A DNA stretch of 64,000 nt from the NCBI GenBank assembly GCA_047967505.1, contig CM106538.1. One strand, 5' to 3'. The translations under genes were made by a program, and so were the position numbers. Origin of the DNA: Dipteris shenzhenensis (lineage: Eukaryota). Of the stretch, positions 49,976 through 62,559 are shown piece by piece (the stretch's first letter is position 1; the number at the start of each line of letters is the position of its first letter). A model generated the notes under the pieces. That model was not told the DNA's origin. It saw nothing but the letters and a program-made list of their open reading frames with translations, and did no database searches.

Positions 49976-52190
49976 TTTTTTGTGAGATTTGCTTTTCCAA
50001 AATATCTCCATAGCCTGGGACATATAGGAAGCCAAATGCTTAAAAGACCAGGGAAGAAGAGGCAAATAAAATTGCACATATGCCATAATGATAGACTGTA
50101 CTATTCGAAGTCGAACATGTAGAGGTCAAGTGGACAAATGCCAGTATTCCAGCTTCTTGTTAATCTTTTGAAGCACCCATTTGAGCTGTTGTTGAGGGGT
50201 AATATTCCAGCCAATGGGATACCCTAAATGCCTCACAATAGTATGGGAAGAAACAATGTGGCCTGGCCAGAGAAGTGCATGCCAATCAACTTCTTTCAAT
50301 GCTAGAAGATTCGATTTTTGAAAGTTAATATGCAGTCCAGCAGCTATGCCAAAATCATTTAGAGTATGCATCAAATGAGAGAGGTCACTTTGAGAATTCT
50401 TGGGCATGAAATATGAATCATCAGCATATGCCTGTGCAAGAAACGGTTGTGCCCCTGGAATTTGCAAGCCATGAAGCTGTCTTGTATCTACAAGATGGTC
50501 CATATGCAACAATAACGGATGAGTAGCAATGGCATATAGTAGCGAACTAAGGGGGCAACCCTGTCTCACTGAGCGGGTCATAGTCCATGTCCTTGACAAC
50601 CCACCACCAAGCAAACACTGCGCAGTGGCATGAGAATAGAACCAGTAAATAATATGGACCAGCCGAGGGCCAAATCCCAATTTATGCATAGTCTGAGAAA
50701 TAAAATCCCAATGGACAGTATCAAATGCTTTCGCAATGTCCACTTGTAGAATGAGAACATCTTGTTTAGAATATTTGGCATACTCAATTGCAAGCAAAGC
50801 ATTGGAGATATTGTCAGTAATCTGCCTTCTGGGAACAAACCCATACTGCCTGGGATGAAGTCCTGCTTGCAAGATAAACGGAACCCTGAGGACAATCATT
50901 TTGGCAATGAGTTTGTAAATGACTGGCATAAGAGATATGGGCCGCCAATCAGCCATTGTCTCACACAACCTTTTTTTGGGGATCAATTTGACAAGGCTAT
51001 GTTTCCAAGAAGGAGGAAGAGATTGTTCTGCCCAAGCATGATTGATCATAAGAAGAAGAGTGTTCTTGAGATCACCCCAAAATGCACGGAAAAATTCAAC
51101 AGTCAATCCATCCCAACGAGGAGAGCTGCCTTTACGTAAATGACTCAAAGCATCATCCAGTTCATTAAGCATAAAGGGCTGCTCCAATGCATGAGCCTGT
51201 TCTCGAGACAATATAGGGTGAACATGCATAAGAAATTGAGACCTAGCTGCATTCACTTGCATCGAATGATCAGGCTAAGGAGAAAAGAGATGCTGGAAAT
51301 GACTAGAGCATTGCGATTCCAATTCTAATTTGGAGGTGGTCCAGGTGCCATCATCTTGCTTGATCCTGCAAATATCCTCCTTTCGGCTATCCGCATGCAG
51401 GCTTTTCAAGAAGGCTTTGGAGGAGCAGCCCTTATCCAAAAGGGGTTTCATACGAGCTCGGATTTGCCACTTCTTTAATTTGCGAAGATCATTTTGATAG
51501 ATGATATGAACCGCTCCATCAAGAGAGGGACTACTATTCTCCATTATGGAGGTGATAAGTACTCCTACAGAGACTGGAAGGAATTATGTCCTGTTCAGAG
51601 GAGGTGAGGTGCCTATAAGAGCTGATTACATCCATTTGTTGCTTGTGAGATTGAGCCCATTTCAGCTTCAGCCTGAGGTTTCCCATGTAACTCCGTCCAT
51701 AATCTTGAATAACAGCCTGCAAGCGATGGGCAAGACTAATCCAAGCGAAATCCATTGGATTACAGATCAATGGGAAGCAGTCATGACCACATTTCAGGGA
51801 AAAATTCCTGGTTGTCCTATTTCTACTGCTTTTATTCATGATTGGAAGAGAATTCTCTCTTATGCTAAATGGTCAGGTGCTTCTTCCCATCATGGTAATT
51901 CTCTTCGCTTGGAAAGCATCCATTGGAGCAAGGTGTTTGAATCGCCTCTTGCTTTACAGGCACCTATTAAAGCATATAATCTTATGAAATTGAGCATAAG
52001 ATTTGTCATAGATGTTGTGGATCAACATGGTTATGTACTTTCATTTCCACAAGCTTGCAGGACATTCCCCTTGGGTCTACATCATAGGCCCATTTGGAGA
52101 ATACTTACAACTATGTTGCAGCCATTTGTTCCTGTTCCTCCACTGTTTGTACAGGACAAATTACTGGACTGGAATCTGATTTCCTTATCT
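49976..52190. mobile_element. rearranged family D LINE: minus segment 49976-51755 joined head-to-head to plus segment 51753-52190
   Basis: Minus part corresponds to 59209-60900; plus part corresponds to 61091-61528. Confidence 0.9.
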
Positions 52191-55045
52191 ATGATCTTCG
52201 CAAATTAAAGAAATGGCAAATCTGAGCTCGCATGAAACCCCTTCTGGATAAAGGCTGCTCCTCCAAAGCTTTCTTTAAAAGCCTGCATGCAAATAGGCGA
52301 AAGGAGGATATTTGCAGGATCAGGCAAGATGATGGCACCTGGACCACTTCCAAATCAGAATTGGAATCACAATGCTCTCGTCATTTCCAGCATCTCTTTT
52401 CTCTTCAGCCTGATCATTCGATGCAGGTGAATGCAGCCAGGTCTCAATTTCTTGTGCATGTTCAGCCTATACTGTCTCGGGAACAGGCTCATGCATTGGA
52501 GCAGCCCTTTATGCTTCATGAACTGGATGATGCGTTGAGTCATTTACGTAAAGGCAGCTATCCTCGCTGGGATGGATTGACAATTGAATTCTTCCGTGCA
52601 TTTTGGGGTGATCTCAAAAACACTCTTCTTCTTATGATCAATCATGCTTGGGCAGAATAATCTCTTCCTCCTTCTTGGAAACATGGCCTTGTCAAATTTA
52701 TCCCCAAAAAAAGGTTGTGAGAGACAATGGCTGATTGGCGGCCCATATCTCTTATGCCAGTCATTTACAAACTCATTGCCAAAATGATCGTCCTCAGGGT
52801 TCGATTTATTTTGCAAGCAGGACTTCATCCCAGGCAGTATGGGTTTGTTCCCAGAAGGCAGATTACTGACAATATTTCCAATGCTTTGCTTGCAATTCAG
52901 TATGCCAAATATTCCAAACAAGATGTTCTCATTCTGCAGGTGGACATTGCAAAAGCATTTGATACTGTCCATTGGGATTTTATTTCTCAAACCATGCATA
53001 AGTTGGGATTTGGTCCTCGGCTGGCCCATATTATTTACTGGCTCTATTCCCATGCCACTACGCAGTGTTTGCTTGGCGATGGGTTGTCAAGAACCTGGAC
53101 TATGACCCGCTCATTGAGACAGGGTTGCCCTCTTAGCTCGCTACTGTATGCTATTGCTACTCATCCATTATTGTTGCATATGGACCATCTTGCCACAGCG
53201 CACCTTCATGGATTGCAAATTCCAGGAGCACAGCGATTTCTTGCACAGGCATATGCTGATGATTCATATTTTATGCCCAGGAATTCTCAAAGTGACCTCT
53301 CTCATTTGATGCAGACTCTGAATGATTTTGGCATAGCTGTTGGACTGCATATTAACTTTCAGAATTCAAATCTTCTAGCATTGAAAGAAGCTGATTGGCA
53401 TGCACTTCTCTGGCCAGGCCACATTATTTCATCCCATACCATTGTGAGGCATTTAGGGTATCCCATTGGCTGGAATATTACCCCTCAACAACAGCTTAAA
53501 TGGGTGCTTCAAAAGATTAACAAGAAGCTGGAATACTGGCATTTGTCCACTTGGCCTCTACATGTTCGACTTTGGATAGTGCAGTCCATCATTATGGCAT
53601 ATGTGCAATTTTACTTGCCTCTTCTTCCATGGTCTATCAGGCACTTGGCTTCCTATATGTCCCAGGCTATGGAGATATTTTGGAAAAGCAAATCTCACAA
53701 AAAGGCTTTGCGATTACTTCCCATGCAGTCTGTTTGTTCTCCTAAGACTCATGGGGGACTGAATATACTCAATCTTCAGTTTCATATGTTAGCAAGAAAG
53801 AGCACTATGATTGCTGATTTTTTCCAAAAAAAATAGCCATGGGCTATTATGTTAGCAGCTATGTGTGGAAACATGATGTCCCATTCATATGGGCATTGGA
53901 TTACAGATCACTGGGAAGCAGTGATGACCACTTTTCAGGGGAAAATTCCTGGTTGTCCTGTTTCTACTGCTTTTATTCATGATTGGAAGAGAATTCTTTC
54001 TTATGCTAAATGGTCAGGTGCTTCTTCCCATCATGGTAATTCTCTTCGCTTGGAAAGCATCCATTGGAGCAAGGTGTTTGAATCGCCTCTTGCTTTACAG
54101 GCACCTATTAAAGCATATAATATTATGAAATTGGGCATAAGAATTGTTGGAGATGTTGTGGATCAACATGGTTATGTGCTTTCATTTCCACAAGCTTGCC
54201 GGACATTCCCCTTGGGTCTGCATCATAGACCCATTTGGAGAACACTTACAATTATGTTGCAGCCATTTGTTCCTGTTCCTCCGCTGTTTGTATAGGACAA
54301 ACTACTGGACTAGAATATGCTTTCCTCATCTCCTGCTACCTGTTCACTTTCAATGCATAATCTCACTTCCTCGATGGTCTACAGGTTTCTTCTTCCACCG
54401 CCATGGATTGATAAGCATGCCAACACTCTTTGGAATTTGGATAGGCCTTTATCTTGGTGGCAATTACAACTCAAGAAAATTTGGAAAGCCAAATTGCCAT
54501 TGAAACAGAGGCTTTTCTTTTGGAGATGTATAGTGGGAGCTTTTTCCGTTGGGGTGAAATTGGCAGCACGTCGTATTGCTTCCTCTTCATGCCCTCGTTG
54601 CTCTCATCCCCGCGAGACAGTTCCCCACTTGTTATGGTCCTGCCCGCACTCTCGAGTATTGCTCACTCATGTCTCTCATTTGCTGCGGCTTCGATTTCCC
54701 TCTATCAGATTCGGGAAACTCTTTTGGATGTTTGGATGCTTCTCATCTCAGATGTCTGCTTTCCTTCTTTTCTTTCACTGGGCTCATTTCTGGCTATTAT
54801 GGACCATTTGGACACAGAGATTGCATTCTAGGATGGGACAACAGTTTCCTCAGGCATATGCCTTCTTCAGAATGTCCCTCAAGCAATCTTTATATGATAG
54901 TTATGCTGCAAAGGACTTGGATGCTACTAGTCTTGAAGTGTTTTCTGACTGTTTTTGAGTTTTTCCATTAGGCTTCTTTTGGAGTCTAATGCCATGTACA
55001 TTGATTTAATGTTAATAATATAGCTACTGGTTTCACAAAAAAAAA
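52191..55045 (+). mobile_element. 5'-truncated LINE, family D
   Basis: Colinear with 59411-62242; RT (WRPISL, DIAKAFD, QGCPLS, YADD); poly(A) 55037-55045. Confidence 0.95.
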
Positions 55046-55053
55046 GTGTGTGT

Positions 55054-56624
55054 ACCCCTCAACAACAGCTCAAATGGGTGCTTCAAAAGATCAATAAGAA
55101 GCTGGAATACTGGCATTTGTCCACTTGGCCTCTACATGTTCGACTTCGGATAGTACAGTCTATCATTATGGCATACGTGCAATTTTATTTGCCTCTTCTT
55201 CCCTGGTCTTTTAAGCATTTGGCTTCCTATATCCCAGGCTATGGAGATATTTTGGAAAAGCAAATCTCACAAAAAGGCATTGCGACTTCTTCCCATGCAG
55301 GCTGTTTGCTCTCCTAGGACTCATGGGGGACTGAATATTCTCAATCTTCAGTTTCATATGCTGGCAAGAAAGAGCACTATGATTGCTGATTTTTTTCAGC
55401 AAAAACAGCCATGGGCTATTATGTTAGCAGCTATGTGTGGAAACGTGATGTCCCATGCATATGGGCATTGGATTACAGATCACTGGGAAGCAGTCATGAC
55501 CACATTTCAGGGGAAAATTCCTGGTTGTCCTGTCTCTACTGCTTTTATTCATGATTGGAAGAGAATTCTCTCTTATGCTAAATGGACAGGTGCTTCTTCC
55601 AATCATGGTAATTCTTTTCGCTTGGAAAGTATCCATTGGAGCAAGGTGTTTGAATCACCTCTTGCTTTACAGGAGCCTATCAAAGTATATAATCTTATGA
55701 AATTGGGCATAAGATTTGTCGGAGATGTTGTGGATCATCATGGTCATGTGCTTTCATTCCCACAAGCTTGCAGGACATTCCCCTTGGGTCTGCATCATCG
55801 GCCCATTTGGAGAATACTTACAACTATGTTGCAGCCGTTTGTTCATGTTCCTCCGTTGTTTGTACAAGACAGATTGCTGGACTGGAATCTGACTTCCTTA
55901 TCCCCTGCTACCTGTTCGCTCTCAATGCATAATCTGGCCTCCTCGATGGTCTACAAATTTCTTCTTCCACCTACATGGATTGATAAGCATGCCAACAATC
56001 TTTGGAATTTGGATAGGCCTCTATCTTGGTGGCAATCATGACTCAAGAAAATTTGGAAAGCCAAATTGCCATTGAAACATAGGCTTTTCTTTTGGAGATG
56101 TATAGTTGGAGCCTTCTCCATTGGGGTGAAACTGGCAGCACGTCGCATTGCTTTCCCTTCCTGCCCCCGTTGTTCTTATCACCGTGAGACAGTTCCCCAT
56201 TTGTTATGGTCTTGCCAGCACTCTCGATTATTGATCACTCATGTCTCTCATTTGCTGCGGCTTCGGTTTCCCTCTATCAGATTTGGGAAACTCTTTTGGA
56301 TGTTTAGATGCTTCTCATCCCAGATGTCTCCATTCCTCCTTTTCTTTCACTGGACTCGCTTTTGGGTACTCTGGACTATTTGGACACAGAGATTGCATTC
56401 TAGGATGGGACAACAGTTTCCTCAAGCATATGTTTTTTTCAGAATGTCCCTCAAGCAATCTTTACATGATAGCTATGCTGCGAGGGACTTGGATGCAACT
56501 AGCTTTGAAGTGTTTTCTGACTGTTTTTGAGTTCTTCCATTAGGCTCTCTTTGGAGTCTAATATCATGTACATTGATCTCATGTTAATAATATAGTTACT
56601 GGTTTCACCAAAAAAAAAAAAAAA
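55054..56624 (+). mobile_element. 5'-truncated LINE, family D
   Basis: Colinear with ~60678-62242; poly(A) 56610-56624; gtgtgtgt on both flanks. Confidence 0.95.
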
Positions 56625-56716
56625 GTGTGTGTGTGTGTGTGTAGATGTGTGTGCGTGCTGCAGGGTGAGAGAGAGCTGCGCGCAGGTGTGTGTGAGAGAG
56701 ACAGCCTCGCCAGGAT

Positions 56717-57081
56717 CCCGTACAGCCTCCACTCCTGTCCGTACATCTGTACGGTCGCCGTACGTTTACCGTACGACCGTACGAACAGGTCTGGCTCAGC
56801 CTTGCGCAGTTTTGAGCAGTCCTGCACGTGTTTGCATCGCCATCGCTGTACCTTTTTTGAAGGCCCTTCCGTACGTCCGTAGAACCCTGTCCATTTCCGT
56901 ATAGTCTAGTCTCCGTGTGCAGTTTTGTTTCTTGCGTACAGTCTCCTTGTTCCCTGTCAGCATCTCCGTATGGTTCAGTCTCGTCCGTACAGTCTCCTCC
57001 GTATATCCGTACACTCCCGTCTTGCCCGTACAATCCTGCACCTTTTCCGTACAGATTATCACGTTCAAACCCTGCCGTACA
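56717..57081 (+). promoter_or_regulatory. CCGTAC motif cluster in the LINE D 5' UTR (putative internal promoter)
   Basis: 14 GTAC cores counted in ~365 bp, 12 of them CGTAC on +. Confidence 0.6.
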
Positions 57082-57128
57082 GTTCTGGTTTTTTCTGCGA
57101 CTTCATCAATCCTGCCCTGCTTACCTCC

Positions 57129-58214
57129 ATGGAGGACCATCTTAAAAGTTATTCCTGGAAGGACTTGTCCCAGGACTCCAAAAGACAGCAAGTTGATTTC
57201 TCTACCTCGGCCTCTGTAGATGCTCACTATGTTTTCGACATGCTCAAGGATGAATTTCACCACAGCCGGAAGGAGTGGGCCAAACCTCCCCCGGTCCTTA
57301 AGTATAAGCTGAAGCTGCCCTCATTGGTCACTCCTTTCCGGAAGTTCTCTCAGCAAGCAGTTATCATTTTCTTCCCTGGGAAGTTACCTTCAGCAAATGA
57401 TGTGGCTCAGTGGGTTCATGCTTTATTGGGAGGTTGCTTTGTTGAAGGAGTATACTTTGCTTCTCGAGGTTTTTATGAAGTGCACTTTTTGGATGCCTCA
57501 TATCGTCAGCAGATATTGGAGATGTCCCCTCTATTCTATGGCAGACAAATGGTGCATGTCATCCCATGGTCGCCAAACAAGGATTATCACTGTCTCATTC
57601 GACATCACTGCCCTGTATGGGTTGAGGTAGTGGATTTTCCGGATTATATGAGGGCTGAGTTACCAAGTCTGGCAGCTACTTTGGGGCAAGTTATATGCCC
57701 ACCCCGTCCTTCGGGTAATCGAAATCGGTTTTGTGTTCTTTGGGATACAGATCACCCAACCCCTCCTTCCATTGCGGTAGAGGTGGAGGATGTTCCCTTG
57801 GGCGAAAAATATTTTGACTTGAAATGGGGAGTCTTTGCAGGTGCTTGTTTCACATGTCATAAGTTTGGCCACCTAGCTTCACAGTGTCCTGCAGTCCTGC
57901 ATCAGCTCCCACCTACAGCTATTGCTCCAGAAAATACTTCCCCTCCAACTTATGGTCCAGGGCCTAAGGCTATGCCTAGCAAGTTGGGTGATGTGGCATC
58001 TAAATCTGTTCCTCCCAAAGAAAGTGTGGTCCAGGTTTCAGCCAAGCAAAAGGATAAGGGAAAGGGCAAAATTCAGAATCTAATGCCTCTCCCCAGGGTG
58101 CCTGGCAGCAACCCAAAAAGGTATTTGTGCTCAAGCCATGACCGTTACAATCTCGGCATTGGGATGCCTCTACTTCCACCCCTGGTCAGGCCTCTACCCC
58201 TACTGATAGCCTGA
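57129..58214 (+). CDS. LINE D ORF1 (RRM-like plus CCHC knuckle); C-terminus possibly frameshifted
   Basis: SRGFYEVHF, VIPWSP, CPVWVEV, CFTCHKFGHLASQC. Confidence 0.85.
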   Translation: MEDHLKSYSWKDLSQDSKRQQVDFSTSASVDAHYVFDMLKDEFHHSRKEWAKPPPVLKYKLKLPSLVTPFRKFSQQAVIIFFPGKLPSANDVAQWVHALLGGCFVEGVYFASRGFYEVHFLDASYRQQILEMSPLFYGRQMVHVIPWSPNKDYHCLIRHHCPVWVEVVDFPDYMRAELPSLAATLGQVICPPRPSGNRNRFCVLWDTDHPTPPSIAVEVEDVPLGEKYFDLKWGVFAGACFTCHKFGHLASQCPAVLHQLPPTAIAPENTSPPTYGPGPKAMPSKLGDVASKSVPPKESVVQVSAKQKDKGKGKIQNLMPLPRVPGSNPKRYLCSSHDRYNLGIGMPLLPPLVRPLPLLIA

Positions 58215-58375
58215 CTTTGTGGGTTGATGTGCTTAAGAAGGGTATTTTTGTATGTGACAATGATGAGGACTATAGAGCTAATGATCCAGGAGGCTAGGTG
58301 GACGTCGATGTCATGGCTGAGGCCTGACAACTTATACCTTTACTATGTTTTTTGGTTCGGCTGTACATATCTTCT

Positions 58376-61300
58376 ATGTCTACTTCAATTACTTGCATTA
58401 CATACAATGTTCAAGGTCTTTGCAATGTCAATAAGTGGAGACTTATTTGGCACTATGTACATAGAATGCACCCCGATGTAATTTCTTTACAGGAACACAA
58501 CCAACACTTCTTGGCTGGCCAGCAAGGCCACTTTGTTGGTTATGACATCTTTTATGCTGGCACAATGCACTTTTCGGGGGTATGCATGCTGGTGAAACAT
58601 GATATGCAGCCCACGGTTGCTCACAATGACCCCCAGGGTCGATGGAGATGCATCTGTCATGCTGATCTTTATGAAATAGCATCTGTTTATGCCTCTCAGA
58701 CTTCTGCGACAAGAGCTCAAATGTGGGCCTCCCTCAAACAATATCCATGGCTGTCTAATGCCTTTTTGTGTGGAGACTTTAATAACTCGCCTGCCATCCA
58801 AGACAACACCACTCATCGTTCTCACATGATCCCCACTGAGCTTCGACATTGGGAGGATATGCTTTCTTTCTTGCATGCAGAAGATTTATGGCTCTCAACA
58901 AGGGATAGAGATATGCGTTACACATACCGTCACAATGCCTTTACTCATTACTAGGCTCGACTTGATAGATGGTATCTGTTGCATGCTCAGCAGTATGCTA
59001 GTTTTACATGCGCATTACGGGTTGATCATTCCCTCTTGCTATCTGATCACTTTCCAGTATGCTTGACATTATCTATAGCACATTTGACAGATGATATGCC
59101 GTTTTTTGGTCGTCGCCACTCCATGTTAATAGTGCTTACTTGCTTCATCAACAATTTCAGAACATGGTGAGAGTGGTTGTCTGCCCCCTCCTCTTACGTC
59201 AGGAGGACATGGATTTCGCTTGGATCAGTCTTGCCCATCGCTTGCAGGCTGTTATTCAAGATTATGGACGAAGTTACATGGAAAACCTCAGGCTAAAGCT
59301 GAAATGGGCTCAATCTCACAAGCAACAAATGGATGTAATCAACTCTTATAGGCAGCTCACCTCCTCTGAACAGGATTCTTGCGCTTATGCGGTTCATATC
59401 ATCCATCAAAATGATCTTCGCAAATTAAAGAAGTGGCAAATCCGAGCTCGCATGAAACCCCTTTTGGATAAGGGCTGCTCCTCCAAAGCCTTCTTTAAAA
59501 GCCTGCATGCGGATAGGCGAAAGGAGGATATTTGCAGGATCAGGCAAGATGATGGCACCTGGACCACCTCCAAATCAGAATTGGAATCGCAATGCTCTAG
59601 TCATTTCCAGCATCTCTTTTCTCCTCAGCGTGATTATTTGATGCAAGTGAATGTAGTTAGATCTCAATTTCTTATGCATGTTCAGACTATATTGTCTCGG
59701 GAATAGGCTCATGCATTGGAGCAGCCCTTTATGCTTAATGAACTGGATGCTGCTTTGAATCATTTACGTAAAGGTAGCTCTCCTGGTTGGGATGGATTGA
59801 GTATATCTCAAAAACACTCTTCTTCTTATGATCAATCATGCTTGGGCAGAACAATCTCTTCCTCCTTCTTGGAAACATGGCCTTGTCAAATTGATCCCCC
59901 AAAAAAGGTTGTGTGAGACAATGGCTGATTGGCGGCCCATATCTCTTATGCCAGTCATTTACAAACTCATTGCCAAAATGATTGTCCTCAGGGTTCGATT
60001 TATCTTGCAAGCAGGACTTCATCCCAGGCAGTATGGGTTTGTTCCCAGAAGACAGATTACTGACAATATCTCCAATGTTTTGCTTCCAATTGAGTATGCC
60101 AAATATTCTAAACAAGATGTTCTCATTCTGCAAGTGGACATTGCAAAAGCATTTGATACTGTCCATTGGGATTTTATTTCTCAGACTATGCATAAATTGG
60201 GATTTGGCCCTTGGCTGGTCCATATTATTTACTGGTTCTATTCTCATGCCAATGCGCAGTGTTTGCTTGGTAGTGGGTTGTCAAGGACATGGACTATGAC
60301 CCGTTCAGTGAGACAGGGTTGCCCTCTTAGTTCGCTACTGTATGCCATTGCTACTCATCCTTTGTTGTTGCATATGGACCATCTTGCAGATACAGGGCAG
60401 CTTCATGGCTTGCAAATTCCAGGGGCACAGCCGTTTCTTGCACAAGCATATGCTGATGATTCATATTTCATACCCAGGAATTCTCAAAGTGACCTCTCTC
60501 ATTTGATGCATACTCTGAATGATTTTGGCACAGCTGCTGGACTGCATATCAACTTTCAGAAATCGAATCTTCTAGCATTGAAAGAAGCTGATTGGCATGC
60601 ACTTCTCTGGCCAAGCCACATTATTTCTTCCCATACTATTGTGAGGCATTTAGGGTATCCCATTTGCTGGAATATAACCCCTCAACAATAGCTCAAATGG
60701 GTGCTTCAAAAGATTAACAAGAAGCTGGAATAGTGGCACTTGTCCACTTGGCCTCTACATGTTCGACTTCGGATAGTACAATCTATCATTATGGCATATG
60801 TGCAATTTTATTTGCCTCTTCTTCCCTGGTCTTTTAAGCATTTGGCTTCCTATATGTCCCAGGCTATGGAGATATTTTGGAAAAGCAAATCTCACAAAAA
60901 GGCTTTGCGACTACTTCCCATGCAGTCTGTTTGTTCTCCTAAGACTCATGGGGGACTGAATATTCTCAATCTTCAGTTTCATATGTTGGCAAGAAAGAGC
61001 ACTATGATTGCTGATTTTTTTCAGCAAAAACAGCCATGGGCTATTATGTTAGCAGCTATGTGTGGAAACATGATGTCCCATGCATATGGGCATTGGATTA
61101 CATATCACTGGGAAGCAGTCATGACCACATTTCAGAGAAAAATTCCTGGCTGTTCTGTTTCTACTGCCTTTATTCATGATTGGAAGAGAATTCTTTCTTA
61201 TGCTAAATGGTGAGGTGCTTCTTCCCATCATGGTAATTCTCTTCGCTTGGAAAGCATGCATTGGAGCAAGGTGTTTGAATCGCCTCTTGCTTTACAGGCA

Positions 61301-62155
61301 CCTATTAAAGCATATAATCTTATGAAATTGGGCATAAGATTTGTTGAAGATGTTATGGATCAACATGGTTATGTGCTTTCATTTCCACAAGCTTGCAGGA
61401 CATTCCCCTTGGGTCTGCATCATAGGCCCATTTGGAGAATACTTACAACTATGTTGCAGCCATTTGTTCATGTTCCTCCACTGTTTGTACAGGACAGATT
61501 ACTGGACTGGAATCTGACTTCCTTATCTCCTGCTACCTGTTCACTTTCAATGCATAATTTGGCCTCCTCGATGGTCTACAGATTTCTTCTTCCACCGCCA
61601 TGGATTGATAAGCATGCCAACACTCTTTGGAATTTGGATAGGCCTTTATCTTGGTGGCAATCACAACTCAAGAAAATTTGGAAAGCTAAATTGCCATTGA
61701 AACAGAGGCTTTTCTTTTGGAGATGTATAGTGGGAGCTTTTTCCATTGGGGTGAAATTGGCAGCACGTCGTATTGCCTCCTCTTCCTGCCCCCGTTGCTC
61801 TCATCACCGTGAGACAATTCCCCATTTGTTATGGTCTTGCCCGCACTCTCGGATATTGATCACTCATGTCTCTCATTTGCTGTGGCTTCGGTTTCCCTCT
61901 ATCAGATTTGGGAAACTCTTCTGGATGTTTGGATGCTTCTCATCTCAGATGTCTCCATTCCTCCTTTTCTTTCACCGGGCTCGTTTTTGGATACTATGGA
62001 CTATTTGGACACAGAGATTGCATTCTAGAATGGGACAACAGTTTCCTCAGGCATATGCTTTCTTCAGAATGTCCCTCAAGCAATCTTTATATGATAGTTA
62101 TGCTGCGAGGGACTTGGATGCTACTAGCCTTGAAGTGTTTTCTGACTGTTTTTGA
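58376..62155 (+). pseudogene. LINE D ORF2 (APE EN, RT, zf-RVT), multiple stops and frameshifts
   Basis: MSTSITCITYNVQGL, LQEH, GDFN, RLDR, SDHFPV; YADD; CPRC..ETIPHLLWSC. Confidence 0.94.
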
Positions 62156-62559
62156 GTTCTTCCATTAGGCTCTCTTTTGGAGTCTAATGTCATGTACATT
62201 GATTTCATGTTAATTTTATAGTTACTGGTTTCACAAAAAAAAGTATGTATGTATATAGGCAAGATCAAGGTGCATATCTACACTCCACTCGGACCATGAT
62301 CACTAAGTTTTCCCATCAGAGAGCATGGACCAACAGACCCTTGGGAGATAACAGAGCCGAGGTCTAGAGCAAGACACGACAGAATTGCCATCGGGTTGAT
62401 GCACAGATCAGGATTAGGGACCTTCTCTCCATGTTCACTGAACTGGAGGCATGACTGACGGGTGTGACAGATCTGATATAGGGCCATAGCTAGGAGACCA
62501 CAAAAGACCATACATATGGACTGTTGCCAGCATTCTATCACAGTTTTATGGCACTGCAG

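Larger units (their letters stand above)
56643..62242 (+). mobile_element. full-length LINE, family D (5' boundary blurred by GT repeat)
   Basis: 5' UTR, ORF1, ORF2, poly(A) 62235-62242. Confidence 0.94.

Noticed and set aside
51546-52208. 220-aa ORF as a novel fusion protein
   Set aside because: Accidental read-through of filler, antisense LINE and sense LINE across the inversion junction
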